The position numbers were made by a program, and so were the translations under genes. Below are positions 9,714 to 20,190 of a DNA stretch of 64,000 nt, piece by piece (the stretch's first letter is position 1; each line of letters begins with the position of its first letter). Source of the DNA: Obrimoposthia wandeli. Its lineage: Eukaryota. Location of the stretch: contig CDROCS010002422.1 in the NCBI GenBank assembly GCA_977020255.1, forward strand, positions 62,001 to 126,000, read 5' to 3'. Under the pieces are notes generated by a model. That model did not search any database. It saw only the letters and a list, made by a program, of their open reading frames with translations, and had not been told where the DNA came from.

Positions 9714-10474
9714 ACTACGACCACCTTTTCACGCTGATGGGGATGATCTATTAAGGTGAGTGGAATATTAAAAAGTTTACTCAATAACTTCTCATCACTG
9801 AATTGGCTAATGCAACCTTGATAAAATACTTTGCCTTGTTGCATCGCTAAGATATCGTTGGCAAAGCGCATTGCCAAATTGATATCGTGTAACACCACAA
9901 TAACACCGCAATTTTGCTCTTGATGCAATGTTTTGAGCAGCGTTAACAGCTGATGTTGGTGCGCCAAATCTAACGCCGCTGTCGGCTCATCTAAGATAAG
10001 CAACTTAGCTTGCTGCGCGAGTAACATGGCTATCCAAGCTCTTTGGCGCTCGCCACCCGATAATTGATCAACGGCGCTGTCTGCAAACCGCTGCGTATCG
10101 GTTTGAATCATTGCTTGCTCAATGATGTCTGTGTCTTCGCTACGCCATCGCCCTAACACTCCGCGCCAGGGAAAACGTCCTAGCTTCACCAACTCTGCCA
10201 CACTCAAGCCTTGTGCTTTAGGTAAATACTGGGGAAGGTAGCCCAGCTGTTTTGCCAATTCACGTGCGCCAAACTTTTGGGTGTCTTTATCGTTGAGTAA
10301 CACTTTTCCGCTATCTGGTTGCATTTGCCCTGCAAGCAGCTTGGCTAACGTAGATTTCCCTGATCCATTATGCCCGAGTACCAAAGTGAATGATTGGGTA
10401 TCAATCTCAAGTTTATCGATGTGAAGAATGTCGCGGCTGTTTCGGTTCACTCTTACGCCATTAAGTTTAAGCAT
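9707..10474 (-). CDS. fhuC: Iron-siderophore ABC ATPase
   Basis: GHNGSGKST, LSGGERQRAWIAMLLAQ, LDEPT, HDIN. Confidence 0.93.
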   Translation of the reverse strand: MLKLNGVRVNRNSRDILHIDKLEIDTQSFTLVLGHNGSGKSTLAKLLAGQMQPDSGKVLLNDKDTQKFGARELAKQLGYLPQYLPKAQGLSVAELVKLGRFPWRGVLGRWRSEDTDIIEQAMIQTDTQRFADSAVDQLSGGERQRAWIAMLLAQQAKLLILDEPTAALDLAHQHQLLTLLKTLHQEQNCGVIVVLHDINLAMRFANDILAMQQGKVFYQGCISQFSDEKLLSKLFNIPLTLIDHPHQREKVVVVC

Positions 10475-11213
10475 AATTTTTGGGTCTCTGTTTAGGGCAG
10501 TTTTTACAATAATCTTGTGTGTCTAATCGGTATTCTAAACAGCAGCTACTGCGCACTACTTGCTGGTCACTATCAAGTTGTAAAATGCGTGCAGGTAACC
10601 CCAATCCCAATAACCAGGCTTGAGTTTGTACAGCTAAATCAGCGCAACTAATATCTGGCACAAGCTCTGCAACTTTAGCCAGAGATTCCAGCAGCTGATC
10701 ACTGAGCAATCTTTGGCAGAATCGATATTTCAAAGGAAAACACTGGCTGATTTGCTGATAAAAACTCTCAATTAGCAACCGTAACTCGCGGCTGATATGC
10801 GCAATTATTGACAGCCTATCGCCTTGAAATTCCTTATCTATCTTTAGCTTATAGCCATATATACTCAATGCATGGCAGTTAATTTTTAATTGAGATAAAG
10901 GTAATGAAAGGTTGAGTGCATACACGCAGATCATACTTAAAAGTACAGGTTGCCATATTGTTAACTGCCAGCATTTGTGCGACCAATATGAGCTACCTGC
11001 TTCTGGGTAATGGTGCTTTAAGTTTTCATACAAACGAAGTAATGAACCACTGCTACTATTATTAACCTCAAGCGCTAAGCTATTATTACTTTCAAATTCA
11101 CAGTGCTTTAAATACGGATGAACTTGGGTAGACAACGAAAATAATTGTTGGTGTGTATTCAGCTGCACTGGAGTTTCTACCAGTGCAGCGTGTTGAGTAA
11201 TGCTAGAAGTCAT
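10467..11213 (-). CDS. Siderophore ferric iron reductase (FhuF-like)
   Basis: C-terminal RSSCCLEY...CKNCP 2Fe-2S motif. Confidence 0.88.
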   Translation of the reverse strand: MTSSITQHAALVETPVQLNTHQQLFSLSTQVHPYLKHCEFESNNSLALEVNNSSSGSLLRLYENLKHHYPEAGSSYWSHKCWQLTIWQPVLLSMICVYALNLSLPLSQLKINCHALSIYGYKLKIDKEFQGDRLSIIAHISRELRLLIESFYQQISQCFPLKYRFCQRLLSDQLLESLAKVAELVPDISCADLAVQTQAWLLGLGLPARILQLDSDQQVVRSSCCLEYRLDTQDYCKNCPKQRPKNYA

Positions 11214-13329
11214 ACTTGAACTTTACTTGGACGTTACGTTCAGCACCAAACCAACAGTTATTGGCATCGAAACAAGCACTATAGCGTTTATCAAAAACAT
11301 TATTGACTGACAAGTTTAAGCTGGCTGTTTCCAATTTTTTTCCAAAGTAACCTAATTCGGTTTTATAAGATAAATCGACTAATGTATAAGCTGGCACAGT
11401 ATCTGTGTTTAAAGCATCTAACTGTGTTTCTCCGACATAACGAACGCCTAAGCCAAGTTGACTCTTTACACTGGCCAATGGCAGGTCATAATTCAGCCAC
11501 ATTGATGCGGTTTTTTCAGCCACCCAGATAGGTGTTTTACCTTTTAGATCAGGATCTTTGGTGAACTCCATATCCATAATAGTCGCATTCAAATCTAAGC
11601 TTAAGTTGCCCGTTAGTGACTGCTTAAGTGCGAATTCAAGACCTTGTGATCTTATCTCACCCGTTTGAATTTTATCGTAAGCACTGCCACTAGGATCACG
11701 CGTAATTACTTTGTCTTTTACAATGCGAAATGCAGATAACGTGACAGCTGTATCACTATCAGTTGAATTGTATTTTAAGCCGATTTCAAATTGATCAGCA
11801 GTGGCAGGTTTAAACTCACGACCCAAACGATCACTGCCACTCACAGGCTCGAAGCTTTGCGCGTAGCTCATAAAAGGTGATACACCATTATCAAGGTTAT
11901 ACATCGCTCCTATACGCCCACTGACTTGGTTTTGCTTAAGTGAAGTATCTGTTGCGGCGTTATATTTCGTACCTTTTTCAGTGCTTTTAAAATTATCGTA
12001 TCTCAATCCGGCAATCACCGTTAGATCATCGATAACCATCTGGTCTTGAAAATATAACCCTGTCTGTTTTTTTGTGATATCAAAGTTACTGCTGTAAGCC
12101 GAACCTGAAATATCCATATTTTTGTTAATTGAGTAATGATCAGGAGCGTATAAATCAATACTTGTAGTGGCGACATCTTCATAGCGAATGTTTGATGTGA
12201 GTTTAGAGTAGTCCAATCCAAACAAAAGGTTATGCTCGACCTTACCGATATCAAACGCAGCAGAAAGCTGATTGTCGATAGCAAAACTGCGGCTTTTCTC
12301 ATCCGTTGTATAAGCGCGTCTGGATAACATCCTATTATCAGCAGCTAACCCACCTGTACTGTAGGTGTTCTTTTGATCAGCCGTTGCATCCATGACTTTA
12401 ACGTTTTGTAGGAAATTCCAATTGTCGTTAATATTATGGTTTATCTTATAACCTAACAGTGTGACATCACGATCGTACTCATTCCAGTTAGCATCACCGG
12501 CATAGCTATTCGTCGACAAGTCACCATTTGGGTTACTAAACACAGTCCCCTTTGATGGGTGTGAGTTATAAATACCCGCAGCAGGATCTTGCTGATGATA
12601 CACATTGAAATTCATTAAAGTGTCGCTAGTGGCTTGCCAATCGACAGATCCCGCTAATAAGTAGCGGGTAGCTTTAGAGGTAACCGCTTGAGTATCCTGA
12701 TCTTTTGCATGTGCTGTTAAAGTGTAAGACAGATCATCATTATCCGCTAATTTTCCTTGGCTATTAGCAGTCATGCTACGCAGATTCCCAGAACCTACAC
12801 CGAGCTCAAGTGCATTTGCTTTCTCACTAGATGGCTGCTTACCAATGATATTCACCATACCGCCGGGTGGCATATGTCCATAAAGTACCGAGGTAGGCCC
12901 TTTAAATATTTCGATCTGCTCTACTGCAGATGTATCTATTTGCGGCTGTAAGTTCCAATCATTAAATAACAGCGGGAGCCCGTCATAGAAATTAGTGCTG
13001 TTACTAAAGCCGCGAATATTAAATTGATCAATACGAGAGACCGCCCCACCTCTTAACTCAGTATTTACCGCAGGCACATAACGTAGCGCTTCATTTATCG
13101 AATCGGCGCCTCTTTGATCCAAACTCTCTCTGTTAATGACCGTTATCCCCTGCGGTGTTTCTTCTGGCTCTAACGCCGATTTAGAACCTGTATTTCTATA
13201 AGTGTCAGAGTACACAGTCAAAGTATCTAGTGTATCGCTTGGCTGCTGAGCTAATACATGGGTAGGTAATATAACGGCGGATATAGCAAGGTGTAATACA
13301 CCCAGAGAAAATGGAGCGTTAGGGGACAT
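11203..13329 (-). CDS. TonB-dependent hydroxamate siderophore receptor (FhuA/DesA-like)
   Basis: Plug motifs (ETPQGITVI, IEIFKGPTSVLYG), beta-barrel, terminal F; likely start MSPNAPF at 13329 (ORF track 13359). Confidence 0.93.
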   Translation of the reverse strand: MSPNAPFSLGVLHLAISAVILPTHVLAQQPSDTLDTLTVYSDTYRNTGSKSALEPEETPQGITVINRESLDQRGADSINEALRYVPAVNTELRGGAVSRIDQFNIRGFSNSTNFYDGLPLLFNDWNLQPQIDTSAVEQIEIFKGPTSVLYGHMPPGGMVNIIGKQPSSEKANALELGVGSGNLRSMTANSQGKLADNDDLSYTLTAHAKDQDTQAVTSKATRYLLAGSVDWQATSDTLMNFNVYHQQDPAAGIYNSHPSKGTVFSNPNGDLSTNSYAGDANWNEYDRDVTLLGYKINHNINDNWNFLQNVKVMDATADQKNTYSTGGLAADNRMLSRRAYTTDEKSRSFAIDNQLSAAFDIGKVEHNLLFGLDYSKLTSNIRYEDVATTSIDLYAPDHYSINKNMDISGSAYSSNFDITKKQTGLYFQDQMVIDDLTVIAGLRYDNFKSTEKGTKYNAATDTSLKQNQVSGRIGAMYNLDNGVSPFMSYAQSFEPVSGSDRLGREFKPATADQFEIGLKYNSTDSDTAVTLSAFRIVKDKVITRDPSGSAYDKIQTGEIRSQGLEFALKQSLTGNLSLDLNATIMDMEFTKDPDLKGKTPIWVAEKTASMWLNYDLPLASVKSQLGLGVRYVGETQLDALNTDTVPAYTLVDLSYKTELGYFGKKLETASLNLSVNNVFDKRYSACFDANNCWFGAERNVQVKFKYDF

Positions 13330-13347
13330 AGCAAAGCCTATACAGTT

Positions 13348-13366
13348 AAGAGTAATCATTCGTATT
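13348..13366. promoter_or_regulatory. Probable Fur box at the receptor promoter
   Basis: Minus strand AATACGAATGATTACTCTT, partial match to AATGATAATnATTATCATT, next to a TATAAT -10 element. Confidence 0.5.
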
Positions 13367-13438
13367 TAGATTATAGCCTGAGGGTAAATCGGCTTACTTA
13401 ACCATTTGGTGCACTGAATGAATTGATCATAAGAAATG

Positions 13439-14347
13439 TTATTTTGCAGTGACCGGGATCCAATACTCCATGTAGGCATCGTCCGTTTCAGAACTGTAAC
13501 TCCTGTTATAGCGCTCCAATTCATAACTGTGCTGCTGGACATAACCAGAGCTTGGCAGCCATTCCAGAATAAACCACTGCAATGTTTTTACCATGTCGTG
13601 TATGGGCCCTTTATGAGGGAGAATGGCGTAGTGTTGTTGAGGTATATCGATATAGTCGAGTTGCTTTTGCAACGCTACATTGTCAGTTTGAATTCCAGCC
13701 CAATAGACCATATCAGTATGATCAGAATTCGCTTGAGTGAGATCTATCATGCCGATATGCTGATCAAATTTATCCAGAGAAACGATGTCATTTAGCCCCT
13801 GCCATAGCTTTGGTACGACCTTTTGGAAGTTTTCATTTTCTGCAAATATGCCATTGAACTTACCTTTAACGCCGTACAGACGTATAGCAGCGTGAGTTTG
13901 TATTTTAATCTGCAGTAATTTAGGAGCTATTTTTGGTGTCACCTTATCAGGTCTACTAAGAGCAAAAGGCTGTTTCAAATCAAAATATTCACCGCGTTTA
14001 CGGTAATTCCCAGGGGTGCATTGATAAGCGTTGCGAAAGCTTTTATTAAAACTGATCTCTGAATCAAAGCCACATTCCAAAGCGATATCTAAATGCCGTT
14101 TATCAGTTGTTATTAATAACTTGGCCGCTTTACTTAAGCGTAAATGACGCACATATAAAGCAACACTGGTTCCTGTTACCCTTTGAAATACGCGCTGTAA
14201 TTGCCAGCGTGACCAATGCACTTTTTTGGCTAAAAGATCAACACTTAGCGGCTGGTCCAAGCTCGATTCAATATAAAATAAAGATTGCTGTATGCGATGC
14301 AATTGATGGTCTTCCAGCCAAGAGTCAGGAATTAAGCTTGCGCGCAC
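13439..14347 (-). CDS. AraC family regulator with GyrI-like effector domain
   Basis: AraC HTH (SRWQLQRVF, DIALECGFDSEISF, P..YRK) plus C-terminal WLPSSGY...ELERY...EYWIPV. Confidence 0.9.
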   Translation of the reverse strand: MRASLIPDSWLEDHQLHRIQQSLFYIESSLDQPLSVDLLAKKVHWSRWQLQRVFQRVTGTSVALYVRHLRLSKAAKLLITTDKRHLDIALECGFDSEISFNKSFRNAYQCTPGNYRKRGEYFDLKQPFALSRPDKVTPKIAPKLLQIKIQTHAAIRLYGVKGKFNGIFAENENFQKVVPKLWQGLNDIVSLDKFDQHIGMIDLTQANSDHTDMVYWAGIQTDNVALQKQLDYIDIPQQHYAILPHKGPIHDMVKTLQWFILEWLPSSGYVQQHSYELERYNRSYSSETDDAYMEYWIPVTAK

Positions 14348-14405
14348 AGTTATTCTCCACGAATGAAACTAATAGGAGAAACATTATAGCCAATTATTGT
14401 TAATT

Positions 14406-14424
14406 AATACAAATCATTATCATT
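14406..14424. promoter_or_regulatory. Fur box upstream of the AraC gene
   Basis: Minus strand AATGATAATGATTTGTATT, 15/18 match to the Fur consensus. Confidence 0.75.
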
Positions 14425-14648
14425 AGTATTATCTTTAAACACAAAGAAACAACACCACCGCGCTGACTGCTAAACGACGAAGCCGCTCAACCTTGTATTG
14501 CCGTCGGAGTAATTTGCTAAATTGGCGAAGCGCAGCGGCAAGATGGCGCTGATGTGCCTCCGTCTATTTAGTGAATTACCTGCTCGGCTGTAACTAGTTG
14601 TCTGGGTGTTCCGTAGCTATATCTATATAGAATAAATCAACTCTAGCC

Positions 14649-16064
14649 CTATTTAATCAACTTACTTAACACCTCAAACGCGCCCTCTTTTTGGCAATAC
14701 GCTACATTAAAGCGCATCCAAGGTGATATACCTGGGGTTAAACAAAAGGCATTTCCCGGAGCGACTATTGTATCTAGTTTTAAGGCATTGGTGGCTAGCT
14801 CTGCACTGTTCGCAATATTGCCTTGCCTGTCTGGTAAGCGCGCCCAAATGAAATAACCATACATTGGCGCGATAAAAGGAACTAAACCGAGCGATTCCAA
14901 TTGATTTAAGGTTGTGACACGCGCGGTGTCTAGTTTGCGCTGCAAGCGGGTTAAATGCTTGCGGTAAAGACCTTCTTTGAGAATTTCATAAGTGAGGCGC
15001 TCGTTTAACTCGCTGCCGGTAAAACAAGTGAGCATTTTTAAGTTGAGTAATTCCACTGCTAATCTCGTATTGCAGGCGATATAACCAACACGTAAGCCAC
15101 CCGATATGGTTTTAGAAAAACTGCTGATATGTATCACCCGCTGCAGTTGATCTAAGGTGGCTAAGTGGTTTTGCTGACCTGTGTGGTAGTCACCATATAT
15201 ATCATCATCAACTATTCGAAAATCGTGCATATCGGCCAAGTTCAGCAACTGAAACATGTTGGCAGGTGACATGCATGAACCTGTTGGGTTTTGCAATACG
15301 CTACTGGTGATAAAGAGTTTTACTTTATGTTGCTGCAATACTTGCTGCATTTGTTCGATGTTGGGCCCATCGGCGCAGCGTTCTATCCCTATAATGGTGG
15401 CACCTAAAGCTTGCAGACAGCCAAAAAGATTAAAATATGCTGGATCATCCACCAGCACTACATCGCCACGACGTATGAAGTAGCGGCCAATTAAATCCAG
15501 TGCATGTGATACACCATTGGTAGTAATGATTTGCTCAACGTTACTACTGATTCCCTGATTTTCTAAGCGCTGTTGCAATAAAGTTCGCAGGGGTAAATAA
15601 CCCTGCGCACGGCCGTATTGAACTAATGAATGTTGTGATCCGCGTGATACTTGGCGCATAGCACGTCGCACTAACTGATCATCTAACCAATCGGGCGGTA
15701 GCCATCCAGATCCCGGTTGAAAACGGCGTGATTCATCTTGCATGTAACGTTTAAGTACCCAGAGCACATCTACGGCTTGATCTAATTCAGTGCTTATAGC
15801 CGCTTGTTCTATGATGTCACTGGCAGTTTTATTTACATAAAAGCCGGAACCTTTGCGTGAGCTTATATGCCCAGATGCCACTAATCTATCGTATGCCTGC
15901 ACCACGGTAAAACGGCTTATTTGATGATCTAAGGCAAATTGTCGAATCGAGGGTAGTCGAGAACCAGAGCGAATTTTTTGTAAATCAATAAGCTGGCTTA
16001 ATCTTTGAACTACTTGCTCTACCAATGGTAGGCTATCTTGTGCATTGATCAAAATAATTGACAT
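14649..16064 (-). CDS. MocR/GntR family regulator (wHTH + PLP aminotransferase domain)
   Basis: RLPSIRQFA...SRFTVVQAYDRL; QNPTG, DDIY, SFSKTISGGLRVGY; start MSIIL at 16064 after an AGGTG RBS. Confidence 0.93.
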   Translation of the reverse strand: MSIILINAQDSLPLVEQVVQRLSQLIDLQKIRSGSRLPSIRQFALDHQISRFTVVQAYDRLVASGHISSRKGSGFYVNKTASDIIEQAAISTELDQAVDVLWVLKRYMQDESRRFQPGSGWLPPDWLDDQLVRRAMRQVSRGSQHSLVQYGRAQGYLPLRTLLQQRLENQGISSNVEQIITTNGVSHALDLIGRYFIRRGDVVLVDDPAYFNLFGCLQALGATIIGIERCADGPNIEQMQQVLQQHKVKLFITSSVLQNPTGSCMSPANMFQLLNLADMHDFRIVDDDIYGDYHTGQQNHLATLDQLQRVIHISSFSKTISGGLRVGYIACNTRLAVELLNLKMLTCFTGSELNERLTYEILKEGLYRKHLTRLQRKLDTARVTTLNQLESLGLVPFIAPMYGYFIWARLPDRQGNIANSAELATNALKLDTIVAPGNAFCLTPGISPWMRFNVAYCQKEGAFEVLSKLIK

Positions 16065-16240
16065 AATCACCTGTAAAAAATGATAGAACGCAGACCAAAA
16101 GTGTAACGTAATAATGACCAGTACAGTCAAATAATTATTTAAATAATTGTACATGTATTGTCAGATCAATTTTCAATATTATGCTTAATAAATCAATTCT
16201 GCAATACTGTTAATTAGCTTACTAAGCGCGGAGATACCCA

Positions 16241-17635
16241 ATGTCCCTATCATTACAAGATAAAATGTTTCAAGAAATGCGCGATAAAGAAATTTTTGAT
16301 CAAGCGCAGCAACATGCTTACGATTATTTAGATAATGCACTAGAACGTAATGTTTACCCAACTGAGAAAGCGCTGGCTAACTTAGCACATTTTGATCAGC
16401 CTCTTGCTGATAGTTCGACACCTACTGCACAAATTCTCAATGATCTACATCAATACGGTTCGCCTGCAAGCGTCTCACAAATTGGTGGGCGTTATTTCGG
16501 ATTGGTCAATGGTGGTATTGTACCGGCATCCCTTGCTGCACGTTGGCTAGCTGATGTTTGGGATCAAAACACTCCTTTGTATGTGACCTCACCTATCAAC
16601 TCAATCTTAGAAAGTGTGACTGAGCGCTGGCTTAAAGAACTACTTGGTTTACCAGATAATGTAGTGGCAGGTTTTGTCAGCGGGTCATCCATGGCTATTT
16701 TGTGTGGTTTAGCGGCTGGCCGCTATCGTATTTATGATAACGCAGGCTGGGATATCAATAAAAAAGGTTTTTACGGTGCACCTGAAATTAAAATCATTGC
16801 TGGCAAACACGCCCATGGTACGGTGGTAAAAGCCGCTGCCTTACTCGGCTTTGGTGTGGATAATATTCAATGGATTGATGTAGATGATCAAGGCAGAATT
16901 AAAGCAGATCAAGTGCCTGAACTTGATGACAGAACGATACTAATTCTACAGGCGGGTAATGTAAATTCTGGTGCATTTGATGATTTTGCAACCTTATGTA
17001 AACGAGCACACCAAGCGAATACTTGGGTGCATATCGATGGTGCATTTGGTTTATGGGCTGCAGGATCTAGCAAGTTAAAGCATTTAACTGAGGGTATGCA
17101 AACGGCTAACTCATTCTCAGTGGATGGCCACAAAACCCTAAATACCCCTTACGATAGTGGCATCATCTTATGTAACGATAAAGAAGCGTTAGTGAGCGCA
17201 TTGCAGGCCTCTGGCAATTATATTCTCTATTCTGATAAGCGCGATGGCATGCATTACACCCCTGAAATGTCGCGCCGCGCCAGAGTTATAGAACTGTGGG
17301 CGACACTTAAATATTTAGGCAAATCAGGCGTGGATGAATTGGTAAGCTCACTACACTCAAACGCTGTACTCTTCAGTGAGCAATTAACAGCCCAAGGCTT
17401 CAACATTCTCAATGAAGTTGTATTTAATCAGATACTGGTGGGTTTTGATGAAGATGCTACTGCCGCTAAAATCATAGCGCTGATCCAAGCTTCTGGTGAA
17501 TGCTGGGTAGGTGCTGGTGCCTGGAATGGTAAACCTGTTATCAGGATAAGCGTATGCTCTTGGGCAACAACCGAGCATGACATTGAGCGCTCAGTACAGG
17601 CATTTGTTAATGCTAGAGATCAAATAAATTGCTAA
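16241..17635 (+). CDS. Group II PLP-dependent amino acid decarboxylase
   Basis: WVHIDGAFGLW, SVDGHKTLNTPYDSG (PLP lysine); divergent from MocR. Confidence 0.9.
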   Translation: MSLSLQDKMFQEMRDKEIFDQAQQHAYDYLDNALERNVYPTEKALANLAHFDQPLADSSTPTAQILNDLHQYGSPASVSQIGGRYFGLVNGGIVPASLAARWLADVWDQNTPLYVTSPINSILESVTERWLKELLGLPDNVVAGFVSGSSMAILCGLAAGRYRIYDNAGWDINKKGFYGAPEIKIIAGKHAHGTVVKAAALLGFGVDNIQWIDVDDQGRIKADQVPELDDRTILILQAGNVNSGAFDDFATLCKRAHQANTWVHIDGAFGLWAAGSSKLKHLTEGMQTANSFSVDGHKTLNTPYDSGIILCNDKEALVSALQASGNYILYSDKRDGMHYTPEMSRRARVIELWATLKYLGKSGVDELVSSLHSNAVLFSEQLTAQGFNILNEVVFNQILVGFDEDATAAKIIALIQASGECWVGAGAWNGKPVIRISVCSWATTEHDIERSVQAFVNARDQINC

Positions 17636-17799
17636 ATTGTCGTAGCTTAGTGGCTAAGTGCAGCGAAGAGTAAATGCAGCGATCACATGGATATGAATGA
17701 GCTATAGAGGCAATGGTAAGACAACCTCTCGCAGAGCTCAGCTAAATCATGGACGACCTAGCTGAGCGAGAACTTTGTCATGACTGCTGTGAATCAACA

Positions 17800-17851
17800 A
17801 CCCCGAGGCAGGTCTTCTCGCTTCGCTCATCTTCACTTTGTGAAGCGGGGT
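17800..17851. repeat. Branched hairpin leading into the tandem array
   Basis: Outer stem accccg...cggggt with inner cttcac-ttt-gtgaag. Confidence 0.7.
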
Positions 17852-17859
17852 ATATCGAG

Positions 17860-18359
17860 TTTCTTTAGACTGCACTAGTTCAGTGCCGGGGAATTAACCC
17901 TTAATGATTTAGACTCCGCCTAATTCATCTTTACTAAATGAGCCTTTTATCTGCACAAATTTCTTTAGACTGAACTAGTTCAGTGCCGGAGAATTAACCC
18001 TTAATGATTTAGGCTCCGCCTAATTCATCTTTACTAAATGAGCCTTTTATCTGCACAAATTTCTTTAGACTGAACTAGTTCAGTGCCCGGGAGTTAACCC
18101 TTGATGATTTAGGCTCCGCCTAATTCATCTTTACTAAATGAGCTTTTTATCTGCACAAATTTCTTTAGACTGAACTAGTTCAGTGCCCGGGAGTTAACCC
18201 TTGATGATTTAGGCTCCGCCTAATTCATCTTTACTAAATGAGCCTTTTATCTGCACAAATTTCTTTAGACTGAACTAGTTCAGAGCCGGGGTACTTACCC
18301 TTGATGATTTAGGCTCCGCCTAATTCATCTTTACTAAATGAGCTTTTTATCTGCACAAA
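17860..18359. repeat. Tandem array of five 100 bp units
   Basis: Units start at 17860, 17960, 18060, 18160, 18260; each has the palindrome actgaactagttcagt (variant in units 1 and 5), a taggc-tcc-gccta hairpin (variant in unit 1) and a copy of the last ~27 nt of the 18334-20190 gene. Confidence 0.98.
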
Positions 18360-20190
18360 ATTGACTAAAAGTAGCTGACAACAGTTCAACATTAGTCTCA
18401 GGAGATAAAGCAACCCGTACAATGTAGTCTTTATCGTGCTCTTTGGTCGTTCCCTGGGTGGATGTTGCCGGTATCGTCCAATAACTGCCTTTAAGCTGTC
18501 CGTAACTAACACAGTGTTTACACTCTGTTGGGTGCACCTCTATCATATGCTCTATCAGCTGACTATTGAGCATTTTGCTAAAAGCTTGTCGCTCCTCGCC
18601 CGTTTCACCTATGGTCGGTAGATCCAAAGAGAACACTGAAGGTGTAAACCCTAACTCAGCTAAATCATCAGAGACAAAGTTGATTTTTGCAACCGGTAAT
18701 ACCTGTTGAATATGCTGAACAAATTGACGGGTTTTAAGATAGGCCGCATGGATGCGCTCTGGCATTGAAGGCATCGTTTCAGCTAACGTAATCAACTGGT
18801 GCTCCAAGGCACTGTTATCAGACAGCACAAGATGCTTGGCAATGATCGTTAACAGCGCACTCGCTTTATCGTTAGTCGCACAGTATCCGGCGATACACAA
18901 TCCACCACTCGGAAATTTCGAGCCACTGGAGAAAGAAACTGTTTTCACACCCGCCAGCTCACTCATCTGATCAAGCAACCTTACATTCGGGCAGAATGTT
19001 TGATCAACCATAAAGGTCGGCTCAATCGCCAAACTACCCTGTGGGGTCATACGTTTAGCGCTTAGCACTGCACCTAGATCATCTAGATTTGGCACTTCAA
19101 CCCGCGGGTTAGTCGGTATTTCGGCCAGTACTATCGGTACACCGTCGATTTTAGCAACGCCAGTAAGTGCCGTGTCTAAGCTGGCAACTAAATCTTGGCC
19201 ACCATCCACTAATAGATCAACAATACTCGCAGCCGGTATCAGAGCTGCCACACGTCGAGCCTGATCATTAGTGCCACCATAACAGTTAGGCGGTAATATT
19301 ATGTTAATCGGTTTGCCTGCATGCTCGACTAGCGCATCTTCAACTAACCCCATTAAAATGGCATATTGAACAGACAACCCACTGGTTGCTATTAGCGGCG
19401 TTGATGAACTGCCAGTATTGGCTTTGATACAGTCATAAAGACTATCTAGCTGCTGTTGTGAACAGCTGGTAACAGCGATGACTTCTTCGCCAACTATTTC
19501 CCGTAACAACTGCAACGCATTCACAGGGGTTATTGCTATTGATTCACGTCTTCTTACATGCTGCACATCACTAATTAAAGCTTCAATATCAGTATTATGC
19601 ACAAACATTGTGCTGCCGTAGTGTGGATGAATATTCACAGTCGCATCAATGTGAGCACTAGTGCTTAAGCAGGTTTTATAAGACGACTGTGTAACGAAGA
19701 TCACCGTACCATCACTGTGCGAAGGCACCTCAAGTACGCTGTTGACCTTGTGTAATTGAGCTTTATAACCATAGATGTTTTCAAGTCTTGGCAAGTCAAT
19801 TAATGGAGAGTTCTGCGTATCGTAATAAACATAGGTTTTACGATCCAATAAGCAGTTTTTACGCAACACAGCGAGGACAGGCATAGTGTTTGATGCAAAT
19901 GAAATAACTTGTTCCGCATCCAGTTTATTTATTTGTGCTAAGAGCCACTCTAATACACAGGACAATTGATGACCTAGGCGAATATAATCATAAGCCGTAG
20001 GCAGGTTTTCTAATGCTTGAGCTGAAAGTTTACCACTATCTTGTAGAGCGATTAACTGCGATAGAAACTGTGATTTAGCTTGTTTTTCATCATAGATATC
20101 TAAACGGTGAGTGGTTAAATTGATCCAGCTACTAGGCAGGTTTTCAAGGATTTTCCTTGTTGTTTGTAAGCATTGTTCTATTGAATTCAA
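18334..20190 (-). CDS. Cys/Met-metabolism-type PLP-dependent enzyme with long N-terminal extension
   Basis: CYGGT, EIPTNP, VDQTF, SGSKFPSGG motifs of the cystathionine gamma-synthase/beta-lyase fold; 618 aa. Confidence 0.75.
   Translation of the reverse strand: MNSIEQCLQTTRKILENLPSSWINLTTHRLDIYDEKQAKSQFLSQLIALQDSGKLSAQALENLPTAYDYIRLGHQLSCVLEWLLAQINKLDAEQVISFASNTMPVLAVLRKNCLLDRKTYVYYDTQNSPLIDLPRLENIYGYKAQLHKVNSVLEVPSHSDGTVIFVTQSSYKTCLSTSAHIDATVNIHPHYGSTMFVHNTDIEALISDVQHVRRRESIAITPVNALQLLREIVGEEVIAVTSCSQQQLDSLYDCIKANTGSSSTPLIATSGLSVQYAILMGLVEDALVEHAGKPINIILPPNCYGGTNDQARRVAALIPAASIVDLLVDGGQDLVASLDTALTGVAKIDGVPIVLAEIPTNPRVEVPNLDDLGAVLSAKRMTPQGSLAIEPTFMVDQTFCPNVRLLDQMSELAGVKTVSFSSGSKFPSGGLCIAGYCATNDKASALLTIIAKHLVLSDNSALEHQLITLAETMPSMPERIHAAYLKTRQFVQHIQQVLPVAKINFVSDDLAELGFTPSVFSLDLPTIGETGEERQAFSKMLNSQLIEHMIEVHPTECKHCVSYGQLKGSYWTIPATSTQGTTKEHDKDYIVRVALSPETNVELLSATFSQFCADKKLI

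Noticed and set aside
14450-14640. Shared repeat with 55060-55210
   Set aside because: Only short patches match (ctaaataga, ccatct[ta]gccg); not enough to call a family by eye
17969-17984. TrpR operator in the array palindrome (GAACTAGTTC)
   Set aside because: Only one half-site geometry, not GNACT-N8-AGTNC; it is part of a dispersed element
17860-18359. CRISPR array
   Set aside because: The would-be spacers are identical to each other and match the adjacent gene end; the period is 100 bp; no cas genes in the window
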